Shown in pieces: positions 38,129 through 49,554 of a DNA stretch of 64,000 nt. This DNA is from Lingula anatina (taxonomy: Eukaryota > Animalia > Brachiopoda), in the NCBI GenBank assembly GCA_051362555.1, contig CM120644.1, positions 7,634,954 through 7,698,953 of the forward strand, in the 5' to 3' direction. The position numbers and the translations under genes are program-made. The notes under the pieces are model-generated. The model was given only the letters and a program-made list of their open reading frames with translations. It did no database searches and was not told the origin of the DNA. Within the stretch, counting starts at the first letter, position 1; every line of letters begins with the position of its first letter.

Positions 38129-41100
38129 TGTACGCAACATATCATGTTTTCTCTGAATTGTGCCAAGCAAATGTTTTAGCGATATTCATGTAAGTTCTTT
38201 GGTAAAAGACCATATAAAAAGTGCAGATCAAAATCTACAATTAATAAGGAATATTGAATACATTATAAGAATGGTAATTGCCTTCGCTGTATCATAGTAA
38301 GTCAAAGTCTGCCTACTACGAAGATTCGTTATCTGAAGGATCATTCTAATGAGGTCTAACGCCCCTGACTTTGAAAACTTCTATACCTACGATCTAAATA
38401 AAGTGCTCTGTTAAAATACCGTCACAGTCAAAAGCTAGAGAGATGCTATGCTATTCAATCTGATGGAATCATTACTTCGTTTTGAAATTGCTCACAATAA
38501 AACGTCAAAGCATTAATATAGCCTTGGAAGAGAGACAAAAATCCTGCTTCAATTAAGATGCACATTTTTAGTTTGATAGGTTTATTCCATGGTTATGAGA
38601 TTACATTGAGTACAGCTTTTTAGGGATATTAACTGATTGACGTCACCATTCGATCGAGTCAAAGGCACTATTTTGAAACTTATCTTTGACTATACTGTAA
38701 AATAGAATAGGGAACGCCAAAGCCTGAAACATATGTGATACGTTCATTTTTGGCACATTTTGTGAGTTTAACGAAGTTCATGGTGACCACAATTGTCATA
38801 TATTATACGTGTTGTTTTAGTTGCCATGTTTATTTTCGAATGCCACTACATAATTTGTGATAGGAAATCGTTATATTTCCTCTAAAAAATCAGATACCAG
38901 CTGTCAAATTAGCTTTGTTAATACCAGGTCTGTGATGACATTTCCTGTGGGGAAAGAAATGAATGGCTTATTAATGCTGTCACGCAGTTTTGCGTGGGAC
39001 TCTCTCTCTCTTTCTTTCTCTCTCATTTTCTGCGGGAACACGCACATAAGTCGAGACCCGTAAATGCACCTACGTTGTTGAACATGTATAACTGCACGTA
39101 CGCAAACACACAATCACAAATCACACACACACACACACACACACACACCATTCTTACCATATACAATGTATATACACTTGTGTACAGTACAGCAAGAATT
39201 ACTCCAATATGTAATTACATGTATATAGTGGATAAAGTGGAAGACACAAAGGACGCTTTATTGGACAAACAAATGTAAGTATAATACAAAATGAAAACTA
39301 TAAACATAAGCTGTTCCGTCTGAAACATATGCGTGCTTGGAGCCTTGTAAAAAAACGACTAAAATATTGATCATAATTAATTTTCTGTCATCTGGGATTT
39401 GGTAAGAAATATTTATTGACATTTTGTCTCAACCACCATTTATTATTGAAGATGGCACATTATATTTGATTGACTTATTGGCCTGCAGGTATAACAATTA
39501 ATTTGGTGTTTTGCTCCGCTGTTTAAATCACGAAAGGATCGTGATGTCTGGATTTTCATTTTTCACTTCATTAATTCTTAGTCTCACATTCGGTGTCCTC
39601 TCGGCTTCTAGTCAAAACAGAGAAGAGTCTTTCTTGAAGAATGAAGAAGTATTTTTTTGTGATATAGATGAAGAGCAAGGCCGAGTGACCGTATTGGATC
39701 GTCATCATACAGTATAGTTAATATAACAAAACTGTGTAAGTATCCCGCTATTATATTATGGAAACATTAACATTTGGTTGATAGCAGGCCTGTATTTTCC
39801 ATTCGATCATAGTCGAATTGAGGCATTCCAGAGGTTTGTCTTATTTGTTTCTTTTCTTCTAAAATTCAATTTGGGATATATTTATATTACCCCGAAGCCC
39901 TCAGGAGATGATTTGTTTCGTCGTGTTAACACCTCTAGCTACAATGTAGCTAGGGGCCTTAAATTTGGCGCCAACTTCATGGAACGGAGTCAAGCTTATT
40001 TATACCCTGTATCTATTCATTTCTTGGCGCAGTACAGTAACGACCAAGTCCGAGCCAATTTCAATGACGCCACTATGAGATGTTTAAATGGTCCTGCGAC
40101 AACAATCTTGTGCGCAACCGTTCTTCGGAAGCTATTGTGCAGTATGTAAGCGTTGAACTCCAGTCATTTATCTGTGTTCTTATTTTGGTATTTTTTAATC
40201 TAAGCTGACAGTCAGTGTTACCCTGCATTGTAAGGCTAAAACCTTAAACAACTGATCATTACCGTTGTCGCTTTTACGTAAATTGCTCGACGTGCGTATC
40301 GTAAAAGACAAATGAGAGACAACTTTATCTTCTTTTGTCCCTTTTTCTTGCGACAAAACTCGACACTTTATAACTTTGTAAAAAAAGTCTCGCAGCTGGG
40401 TCAATTAAGGAAAATGACGTCACCAGGTAAGTACGTGTATTTTACAAAAAACGGCCATTGCTCCTTGAGGCACTCCGTGTAGCACTTTGATTGATTGGTG
40501 ACGTAGGTAAATATATAGCTGACATACATGGGCTATTTGGAGACCAGTACAAGTCATATCAGCCAAAAAAAGTGGAAAATGCTACTGTGCCGAGTCGACG
40601 ACTCGGGTGAAAAAGCAGCCAAGTAAAACGATATGTATCAACAAATCTGTTTAAGATGTTAAAATCTTCGTCTTTCAGGTTCGATGCCCGTGTCGTCCTT
40701 GTACTACGGCGAGCTACAGCGCCTTTGCAACATTGGAGTATCGCGTTGTGTGCATAAACAGCCGACCTCTGTTTCATCGCGTAAACAATTAGGATGTATA
40801 GGCTTAAAGAAAAAAGAGAGGGCAACATACATGTGATGCCGATCAATTTTTAAAAGCCTGAGCAAAGGGTCCTGTTGTATGTGTGAACGAAACCATTCAA
40901 TTCGCGGTATATACAGTATATCTATATTCTACGAGCAGAATAATCAGACCTTTAACTGAATCTCTAGCGTAACGGTATTTTGAATACCGTGTGTTGACAC
41001 CAGCGATGCAGAGAAATAAGATATCTACATGTGCGTGAATCGGGTGTCATTGACCGTGTGTACTAGTGCACTTGGTTTTGCACGGCGATTTATTCAAATA

Positions 41101-41698
41101 CATATATCTGTTGACTTTTGACGCAAATATCACCTATAGGGTTTTGTGCACAACGATGTTGAGCGTCACAGCTGGGAAAATAGGATATAAGTAACATAGA
41201 TCGAGGGTTCAATTTACAGTAACTTAAAGGAAAGGCAAGCAAAGTTCATCGCTTTGATGACAGAGAAATTGAAATTACTGACGAAAGTTAGACAAACGGA
41301 GGTTAGTCTTTGCAAGAGGAATTACTTACAACAGAGTCTCGGTGAAAAGGATCACGTCTGGAGTTTGGATTGTCCAGCCAAAGTAATATATTTTTGTTGA
41401 CCAAGGATACAATCTTTAGCATGAAGGAGACTATACTTGCACTGTTGTCAACACTATAAGCACGTCTCATGCTTAGTCATGGACTAGATTTGAAAAGATT
41501 GGTAAATCCGTGCATTCCAGTAGTGAATTAGTCTACGAACCGTTTGGAATTGTTCATGGTTTCGCAGAGAATTTTGTATCGAATTGACTGAACGGTGTGA
41601 TATACATAAACATGTAGCATTTGGTGCCACTTGGAACGTAGGGATTTTAGAACGCTGAAGGCAACGTGGCTGTTTGAACTATTCTTTAATTCTTCATC

Positions 41699-42754
41699 AT
41701 GATGGTCACTATGGACTTCACTCCACCCAGCAACATAAGCGGAAACGGGACAGATCGTAACGTCACCCAGGATCAAGATGGCGGCGATGTGAACGCCTAT
41801 CAGCTGGTCACCTTAGTAGCCCAGGCCATCCTCATGATTGTGATATGTTTTGGTAACGGCATGGTGATTGCAGCGTTCTACCGCTCCGAGGTGATCCAAA
41901 CTATCACCAATTACTACATCATGCACTTAGCCGTGGCCGATTTTACTGTTGGACTTTCCTTGCCTTTCCATATTGCCTGCTTTCTGAAGCCAGACATTCT
42001 GAATAATATATACGTGTGTATATTTCGGTACTCTACTCTGATGACCACGCAGTCGGTGTCTGTTCTTTGTCTCCTAGCTATCACCATAGATCGGTACTCT
42101 GCCGTCGTATACCATATGCGATATCACAGTCTCATGACGAAATGGAGAGCGGCCGTCACCATAGTAGCGGTGTGGATTATTCCTATAGTTATGGGGGTAA
42201 TCGTCCCGTTTCTGTGGCATAACCCGTGGCCCGAAAAAGAAAGTGAAAGAGATTGTGACTTCGGTAAGACTTTGTCACTCGATTTTCATAGGTACATATC
42301 CGTTGGGTCGTTCGCTATCGTCACTGCCGTGATGTTGACGCTGTATTCCAGAATATTTCAGGTTGCCAAGCGACATGCTGCGCAAATCGAAGACTTGATG
42401 GCGAACATTCCGGACAAAATGGCGTTCAATGTGAATTTAAAAATTGCAAAAACTGCCGCCATAGTCATCGGGTTGTTTTTGTTATTTTGGGCACCATTCT
42501 TTCTTATCTTAACCACACAGGCATACGGGAATCTCATCCACTCCAAGTTGTTAATAGAACTGCGGGTATATGCCAGCATTTTAGCCCTTGTTAATAGTGG
42601 TGTGAACCCTGTTGTGTATGCCTATCGTCTGCCTGAGTTTAGGAGGGAATTTCGAAAGATACTGCATCTCAAACAAAGCGGCGGGGCAAACTCCCCCGAG
42701 CATGATAACTTCTCGGCAAATGGACCAATGCCACCCCCTAACCCACCGGTGTAA
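41699..42754 (+). CDS. Intronless rhodopsin-like (class A) GPCR, adenosine-receptor-like orphan
   Basis: 351 aa with 7 hydrophobic segments, N-glycosylation sites (NIS, NGT, NVT), TM1 GN, TM2 LAVAD, TM3 TQSVSVLCLLAITIDRY, TM6 FWAP and TM7 NSGVNPVVYAYR..EFR. The TM3 and TM7 segments resemble adenosine receptors. Confidence 0.93.
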   Translation: MMVTMDFTPPSNISGNGTDRNVTQDQDGGDVNAYQLVTLVAQAILMIVICFGNGMVIAAFYRSEVIQTITNYYIMHLAVADFTVGLSLPFHIACFLKPDILNNIYVCIFRYSTLMTTQSVSVLCLLAITIDRYSAVVYHMRYHSLMTKWRAAVTIVAVWIIPIVMGVIVPFLWHNPWPEKESERDCDFGKTLSLDFHRYISVGSFAIVTAVMLTLYSRIFQVAKRHAAQIEDLMANIPDKMAFNVNLKIAKTAAIVIGLFLLFWAPFFLILTTQAYGNLIHSKLLIELRVYASILALVNSGVNPVVYAYRLPEFRREFRKILHLKQSGGANSPEHDNFSANGPMPPPNPPV

Positions 42755-43997
42755 ACCGTAGGCCTAATTGAAATATAGAACAGGTAATTCATGTAATCTA
42801 TTCGTGATTTTCCCCGCCAAAACGAATTTCCCTAAGGGGGGAGAGGGAGAACTTTCTCCTGATCATAAATCATTACTCAACGCGTCCTTACACCTGGAAT
42901 TTTTGCTCATTCCATTTTTTATTTATTAAACTTGTTTTAAATAAGTGGCCATTCGGTCAGAAAACGCAAACAGTAATACAAGTAAATAAATCATTAAAAC
43001 TGTACGATCATCTGGCCTGATACGCAGGTTCTTATCTTTGCACTCGTGGTCCTTTTATTTGCAATGCCACAATCTCAATTTGCAGCCCAAATGTCTCCAC
43101 ATTGTGCAGGAACGTTTGCCTACACAAAGAGCTGGCTCTTTGCCGCACGCACATGTACGAGAACAAATTTCAGGCAAACCGCCCGGTTAGGGATTCTGTT
43201 ATTTCATTATCTGCATTTGAATAAAAAATGAAAAAAATTTCATTTACCTTTTGTTTTCTGTTAATCTTTTCTTTTATCCTATTGTTTATTCATTTGCTTG
43301 TTTTTTAGTCTGTTTGTTTATTCCCTCTGTCATTTATTCTAGTGCTATCCCGCCAAGGATTACTTTGTTTCCAACTCGAAAAACCACCATTAAATAATTT
43401 TTAAGAACCCCGAACCCTTAACTAACTTGATAAAAGCTATTGTATTGCCTCGGCCCATAAAAAAAATCAATGTAGACTTTTTTTGTTATCTACATATCGT
43501 GTGATATGTCATGAGATATATCAGCAGGCTATCAAATGAAAAAAGGTAGAAAAATAAGAAGGTATAGGAATATAAAAAAAGATGAGTAAAACAAAAAAAA
43601 TTAAATTACACAAAGACTACATGACGCGTCAATGCAAATGTGCAAACAAGGAGTGTCACTCAGACTGGAAAGTACATGTCTACCAGCTGCCTATGGTATG
43701 GGGCGACTGAGTTTAAATAGGGATAAGATACTAATCAGTTATGGGTCGCTACCCTCTACCAGGGCCGCAGTTATTATTCTGTAGACAATTTTGCTAATTA
43801 GCCATCCATACATATATGTTAATTTCTTGTAAAAAAAATCAACCTGTCGCCCTTGTAGAGGGTAATGGGCCGTTCCACTTATGTCGTGTTCCTGTTTATT
43901 ATTATACCAACATGAAAAGAGACGTTTGATGGCAATATACCCAGACGATGTAAAAGCCGGGAGAAGGGAGGGTCAACCACATCATTCTTAGCGCAGT

Positions 43998-44033
<36 letters not shown>

Positions 44034-44788
44034 GGCTGGGGATTTAAGGAGACCAGTAACTGATCTTTCTTCTCATTGGCAGACTAGCCTCTTCAGATAT
44101 GCATCGATAGCCTGTGGTTGCACTTTGCACCAAAACACATGGCTGTTCTGGAAGAGATTTTACATTGCTATTTGCTGTCACAGAGTGTCAGTTTTGTATC
44201 CATGCAAATACATCCTGTAAAAAATTCATACAACAAATGATAGTCATTTTCGTGTTAACCATTGCAGAACAAAATGACAACACTGCACTGGTATATGCAC
44301 TGAGAACAGGCCCATTGCCTTCACATGAGATTGCATCAGCGACGACTTCAAGGTTTAGCACATTTTGCACATCTGGGGCATTTTTGTTTTCTGCCATAAA
44401 TGGCAAAACTGTGATTTTGTCTTAACTAATGATTCTAGCAGAAATACTCGTGGATGTTCTTTTATTATTATTATTTATTATCTTTTTTATTCTTAGTGTT
44501 ATCATTCACGTACATTCTATCTAAGACATTGATTGGACCTTGTATATTCTTATGTTATATATCCAAATGTTTTGGTTGCGTTTGAGGGTGCGCGCGCGCT
44601 CGTATGTGTGTGTGTGAGAGAAAGAGAGAGAAAAAGAGGGCGCGCTTGTGTGCATGCTCCCAATTGTGCGTATTAAGGGCGACATCGTTTTAATACAAGG
44701 CATGGAAAATTACGACTTTCGGACTAACGTTTTAGCGATTGTATTCAGCAAAGCAATCTGCTTCGAAATCAAAGTACAATAAGGATTA

Positions 44789-45322
44789 CCTGAGGAGACG
44801 AGAATTGATCAGAATTGTGCCGGAAGTGACGTGTAGTGGTGTAAGACGCGAAGCTGAGTGGTCATATTTCGCTGGAGCTGAACGGGAGAAAAGCCGTGGA
44901 CTCGGAGAAAAAAAGCAGTTATTCTAACAACACTTTAAGGTAACAATTAATCAATATGCATTTGGGGGAGAGAAGACGTGTAGAAATAATAGGAGCATGG
45001 TATGAAAACGTGTCACGAATTTTAAGAGTAAAAAATCGTGCTTAGTTTGCAGACAATTTGTTTTGAAATATATGCTGCATCGACCGCCGGCGCAAGAAAG
45101 AGCGTCAAGGGAAAAGAATTCCCGGGAGGCTATAATCATTATCATGTGGAATTTTTGCATGTATGCAAACTGTTATGCCCACCATCATCAGAGACGGAAG
45201 GGTCTCCAAGTCCACGTCTTTACTCCCGATCACCTCCAGCTAAAAATGACCACTCAGCTTCGCGTCTTACACCACTACATGTCACTTCCGGCACAATTCT
45301 GATCAATTCTCGTCTCCTCCGG
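44789..45322. mobile_element. 534-bp TA-flanked MITE with ~120-bp terminal inverted repeats (Tc1/mariner-like)
   Basis: GAGGAGACGAGAATTGATCAGAATTGTGCCGGAAGTGAC.TGTAGTGGTGTAAGACGCGAAGCTGAGTGGTCAT is mirrored at ~45245-45320; TA on both sides. Confidence 0.88.
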
Positions 45323-45772
45323 TACCCTTTATTCAGTGTCACTTTTCTGATTGAAATGAAATGCGATGCATCTAACAGATATGTTAGAATAGGACAGAGC
45401 CTATGATTATATTAATAAGTGTAATTACAGGGATATGTGTTTTTTTAATTTCATAAAGGAGTGTTTAACTGAACGTAACAGAGCGTAAAACTGAACGAGA
45501 AGAACGGACAAAAAACGAAGCTGAAATCGCGTTTTGACGAATAATATACACATCTAGTGGTGATGATTATTTAAGATAAATAATTTTAAACACCACTCTT
45601 ATGTTATCTCAACAAACATTATAGCACCCTCACTCGCTTTGTATGCCCCTTTAAGTAAAGGTTTGCTATTCATCATTAATTAAACAACGTAAGTGAACTT
45701 TTTTCATAAGTCATTAATGTCGTCCGTTAATTGTTAGGGCACGAACCATATCGCGCGTCCGTGCCCCTCCGC

Positions 45773-47059
45773 TTAAACACTGGCAAACGTCTCATTGATT
45801 TTCCCCATGTCAGTTAACATCGTGCCCTGCTTTGTGCTGGTATCTGTGACTGTATGTCCACCCACCTGTCTCTTCTTGATCTTAGAGACCATTTCTTCAT
45901 ACAACGCTCGATTACAGACCAAGGACCCAAAGACGAAGACACCGTCAAGCGTCGCCAGGACAATAAAAACATACCACAGGGCCTCTGTGTTGAGCAGGGC
46001 CGCCAAAAATCCGAAAGTCCAGTTTGCGCCCAGAAGGACAAACAGCTTGACGTATATGCCAATCGGGTGCTCTTGGCTTGTGTTTTTCAGCTTAGCTGTT
46101 CTGGCAACCGCTTTACGCAACAGCCGCGCACAGTGGATGTAGAGACCAAGATTGGAGACGATGATTACCCCGACCGGCGATACGAGGAAGATAATGAGTG
46201 GGTATTTACGCGATATCCAACACAATCCTATTCCGTAGCCTGGCTGAAATGCTGGATCCATTTCAACATGGTCGATCACTATGGCGATGGTTACTATGGC
46301 TACTGGAACAAGAAGAGCATATATGCAATACAGGATGAAGAGACGCCTCTTGGCACCGGCAGTGTTAAACTTCATAGAGGCCGTGAAATTTAAGACACGA
46401 CACATGTCGATGGTCAATACATTCATCCAGAAAAAGGAGACGAGTATAGTCCAGTGTAACAAGATGGCCATAACTTTACAAACGCCTTCTGACGCAAAGG
46501 GAGCAAGAAGGAAAATAAGTTTTGAAAATAATAACGCCAAACACAAACAAAGCTGTAAACGCGCTGGAAAAGTGGCGTACTTCTTGATACAGGGCTGAAG
46601 AATGATCCGTGCCGAAAGACAGATTATCGAAACACTCAAGCAGACGATGGTTACAAGTCCCATGGTGGCAGATGCATTCATTGTCATAGGTGGCGGCAAT
46701 GTCTCCAAGACGCTCTCATTTTGCTGATGACCATACAAAGCGGTGATGTTGTTCAGCAGATCTGCACAGATCATTATGGTGCCATTAATGACTTTATATT
46801 CCTTTGACTGTAAAACCCTATTAAATGTCCTTAACTTAATCGTGTCATTTGCAGTCCATTTATAATCTGTGTCCCTTAGCCTCACGCGCTGGCAATCTAC
46901 TTTCGAAAATACAGACGAAGGGTCATTCGACGGCAAAGAACCGTCATTCGGCAAAGGATAGCCACCTGTTTTCTCCGAAATAGGGGGAAGACCATCGAAA
47001 ATAGGTCCTACCGGTACTTCTTCTTTGCCTTCCAAGTTAGGGACCTCGGGAGAGTAAAC
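45773..47059 (-). CDS. Family-2 (adhesion/Methuselah-like) GPCR, terminal exon encoding the 7TM region
   Basis: Seven TM segments with family-2 motifs (CLSVSIICL, CKVMAILLHWTILVSFFWMNV, PGYGIGLCWI, KLFVLLGANWTFGF, LATLDGVFVF). Acceptor ttattcataag|GTT at 47060/47059, phase 0. Confidence 0.9.
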   Translation of the reverse strand, partial: VYSPEVPNLEGKEEVPVGPIFDGLPPISEKTGGYPLPNDGSLPSNDPSSVFSKVDCQRVRLRDTDYKWTANDTIKLRTFNRVLQSKEYKVINGTIMICADLLNNITALYGHQQNESVLETLPPPMTMNASATMGLVTIVCLSVSIICLSARIILQPCIKKYATFPARLQLCLCLALLFSKLIFLLAPFASEGVCKVMAILLHWTILVSFFWMNVLTIDMCRVLNFTASMKFNTAGAKRRLFILYCIYALLVPVAIVTIAIVIDHVEMDPAFQPGYGIGLCWISRKYPLIIFLVSPVGVIIVSNLGLYIHCARLLRKAVARTAKLKNTSQEHPIGIYVKLFVLLGANWTFGFLAALLNTEALWYVFIVLATLDGVFVFGSLVCNRALYEEMVSKIKKRQVGGHTVTDTSTKQGTMLTDMGKINETFASV

Positions 47060-47152
47060 CTTATGAATAAAAATAATAATAAGTATTATTATTATTGACT
47101 CATTCTGAGATCACCACAAAGCTAGATATCAACCCGAAGCTGGGATACTTAC

Positions 47153-47174
47153 CGCTACCGACAGGTCAGTAAAC
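47153..47174 (-). CDS. Candidate 22-nt micro-exon of the family-2 GPCR (FTDLSVA)
   Basis: ctag|G TTT ACT GAC CTG TCG GTA GCG|GTAAGT; converts a phase-2 end of the large exon to the phase-0 start of the 7TM exon. Confidence 0.5.
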
Positions 47175-47625
47175 CTAGCTGAGCGTTGATCGAGTCAAAG
47201 GTGACCAAAGTACGAACAAAATCTACAACTTCATTTTTTACATAATTAAGAGTTTTTAAGAATTGATTGAAACAATAATGATACATGACTCATGGACGAG
47301 GAGTCTGGCTCACTCAGTTTACATGTAGATGTAAAATGTGTAATAAGTTGACTAGGAGGTCAACTACTATGATAATTGACTGCTCATGATTATCTATCAA
47401 ACGACCGTCCAATATCAAAATACGTGATCATGTAACAAATGAAGTAATGAATACATTAGTAAGTCATTTACGAGTTTTTCAGGGTGCTTCGCTAACAACA
47501 ACGGCAAACCTGTGAAACACGAGCCTACAGCCATCAACCGTATAATATAATGACCTTAAGTTTATCAGGGCAAGTAGCCTGAAACCGTGCAAATAATATT
47601 TAAGTTACCTTGTGTATGTTTGTGT

Positions 47626-49554
47626 TCACTTTTGCAAAATGAAGGGAAAGGTGGAGTCGTCGTACTCTAGGAGAGTTCCCGACTGGATATCTTGGACCGC
47701 CGTCTTCACAGTCTCGGTGATATTCGGTCGTTTCCGTCTCACACGAAGCTTCAGGCTCAGTGAGCAGTTGACGTTAGCCGCCTGAGGTTGAAAATGAATG
47801 TCGTTACGAACCGTGCTTAGATATAAGGTTGACAAATAAGTATCCCCTAGATTTGCTGCCCAGTTAAACAGTACACCTTGAGTGAAGGACCAGTCTACCT
47901 TAACAATTTCTGATGTGATATTCCACGTAAAGTCAAAATCAACTAGATAGATTTCCCACTGATAACGACAAGCTCCACCTACCAGCTCGTAATCAGGGAC
48001 GCACGAAATCGGCCGACAATCGCCGAAGCCAACAGTCCCCTCTTTGCACGATAGGGTTTCAACTTCGCTTGCGACGTCCCTCCGTGAGAGGCCAACGCTG
48101 AGCCCCGAAGAGGGATTAAAGTCCATGAGCACCGAGAAAGAAAATCTACTCAGATGGGGTGCTGTGAACGTTGGTGGGAAATAGCTTGGGATATCGAAAT
48201 CAAAGCATACTAACTCGGCGACTGGGGCGTTGTCACACATGGCACAGAACTGATTCTTGTACGTGGCGCCCCAAAAGCGGACAGGGTTGCTGAATTTCCT
48301 GCACATGTCTGCCATATGGGTGCTATTGCATGTTTCTGTGCATGTGGATATCTCTACTCTTGTGTCACACGTGTGTATTGCCGTGTTATTAGGTGGATTG
48401 ACCGTCAGGCTGCAGGCGGAGAACAAATCAAGATCTGACAAGTCCAGTCTCGTGACGGCATCTGTGCAATCGTAGTCGCGGGACCAGAAGGTGTAGTTCG
48501 TTACGTCATTGCAGATGGCGCAGAACACGTTTTTGAAGTGTAGACCTGTTGACAGATCGGTGACGGGGGTGATGTAGGCTGCCTCGCTTCGCGTACTGAG
48601 ACAGCCCTCCTCGTATTCACTTCCTGTCCATTTGTCGGCGCACTGCTCCCCTAAAACTCGAACGCCAATGTCACTATTGTCACTCCAGCAGATCGGTTTG
48701 CCTAGACCGTCATCAACCTTTGTCTGACTTTCCGATGCAACTTTTTTGCATACGTAAGGAAAGTCAAAACAACAATCTCCATATATTTCACAAAAGTCGT
48801 TGCAAGAGCAAGCCATTGTAACATAACCGCTAAAGCTAGCGCTGTCCTGCTTGCCTTCACGGAAAAGCATTCCACAAGCGTCGGAACAAGTGTACTTCCA
48901 GGACGGAGTTGCTTTTTCACAAGTCACAATTGCAGAGGTATTTTGCATTAACGTTTCGGTGATGTTCGCGTTAGATGCACAGAAGTCGTCCATCTCTCCT
49001 TGTGGCGCTATGGTTAGAGGTAATCCAGGTATTGGTAAGGGGTGTCCATATGGCGGCCAGAAGGAATCATAGTCTCCGTAACTGCCGAAATAGTTATGTG
49101 ATTCCATATCCTCCAGTGGCTGGGTTGCAGTTTCGAAAGGATCAGTGGCATTGAAAGTTCCGTCATGAACTCCAGACGCACCTGCAATAGATGACTCACT
49201 TGTAGCTATTTTAGCAGCATCGAATTTACTAGAATTCGAGGAACCATCTCCGTGCTCGTTTGTCTGTGGCGAAGGGCTGATTGTTAAGTTGTTGGGGTCT
49301 TCTATGGCATTGGCTGTTACGTTACTAAGTGTGTGCATGGACTTCTCCGTAATTTGGCAAGGAGTGACAGAAGTCAAGTCTTCAAGAGCACTATTATTCT
49401 GAAAGGACTCGTTTCTTGCTTGTCTGTCCCTGTCTTCGGCGCGTTTGTTCCTTACGTTGCTATGTTGTTTATGGATTTCTATGGCACCAGTCAGGGTAAA
49501 ATTAATATCTGTCGTGGTCATAACGAGAAACAACAAGTTCATCATCCACGCCAT
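47626..49554 (-). CDS. Family-2 GPCR, large first coding exon: signal peptide, Ser/Thr-rich stalk, somatomedin-B-like domain and Cys-rich modules
   Basis: ATG at 49554 (ATCATGG context), hydrophobic leader, furin-type RNKR site, SMB-like CSDAC..CSCNDFCEIYGDCCFDF..C, two [F/Y]KNxFCAxC motifs and SFSVLMDF. Same strand as, and ~570 bp from, the 7TM exon. Confidence 0.85.
   Translation of the reverse strand: MAWMMNLLFLVMTTTDINFTLTGAIEIHKQHSNVRNKRAEDRDRQARNESFQNNSALEDLTSVTPCQITEKSMHTLSNVTANAIEDPNNLTISPSPQTNEHGDGSSNSSKFDAAKIATSESSIAGASGVHDGTFNATDPFETATQPLEDMESHNYFGSYGDYDSFWPPYGHPLPIPGLPLTIAPQGEMDDFCASNANITETLMQNTSAIVTCEKATPSWKYTCSDACGMLFREGKQDSASFSGYVTMACSCNDFCEIYGDCCFDFPYVCKKVASESQTKVDDGLGKPICWSDNSDIGVRVLGEQCADKWTGSEYEEGCLSTRSEAAYITPVTDLSTGLHFKNVFCAICNDVTNYTFWSRDYDCTDAVTRLDLSDLDLFSACSLTVNPPNNTAIHTCDTRVEISTCTETCNSTHMADMCRKFSNPVRFWGATYKNQFCAMCDNAPVAELVCFDFDIPSYFPPTFTAPHLSRFSFSVLMDFNPSSGLSVGLSRRDVASEVETLSCKEGTVGFGDCRPISCVPDYELVGGACRYQWEIYLVDFDFTWNITSEIVKVDWSFTQGVLFNWAANLGDTYLSTLYLSTVRNDIHFQPQAANVNCSLSLKLRVRRKRPNITETVKTAVQDIQSGTLLEYDDSTFPFILQK

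Noticed and set aside
41699-42754. Class A GPCR as the cognate receptor of the nearby neuropeptide
   Set aside because: Its motifs are adenosine/amine-receptor-like rather than peptide-receptor-like, and proximity alone is not evidence of ligand-receptor pairing in animals.
45795-46598. Plus-strand ORFs of 105-179 aa
   Set aside because: Antisense to the 7TM exon, with no recognisable protein features.
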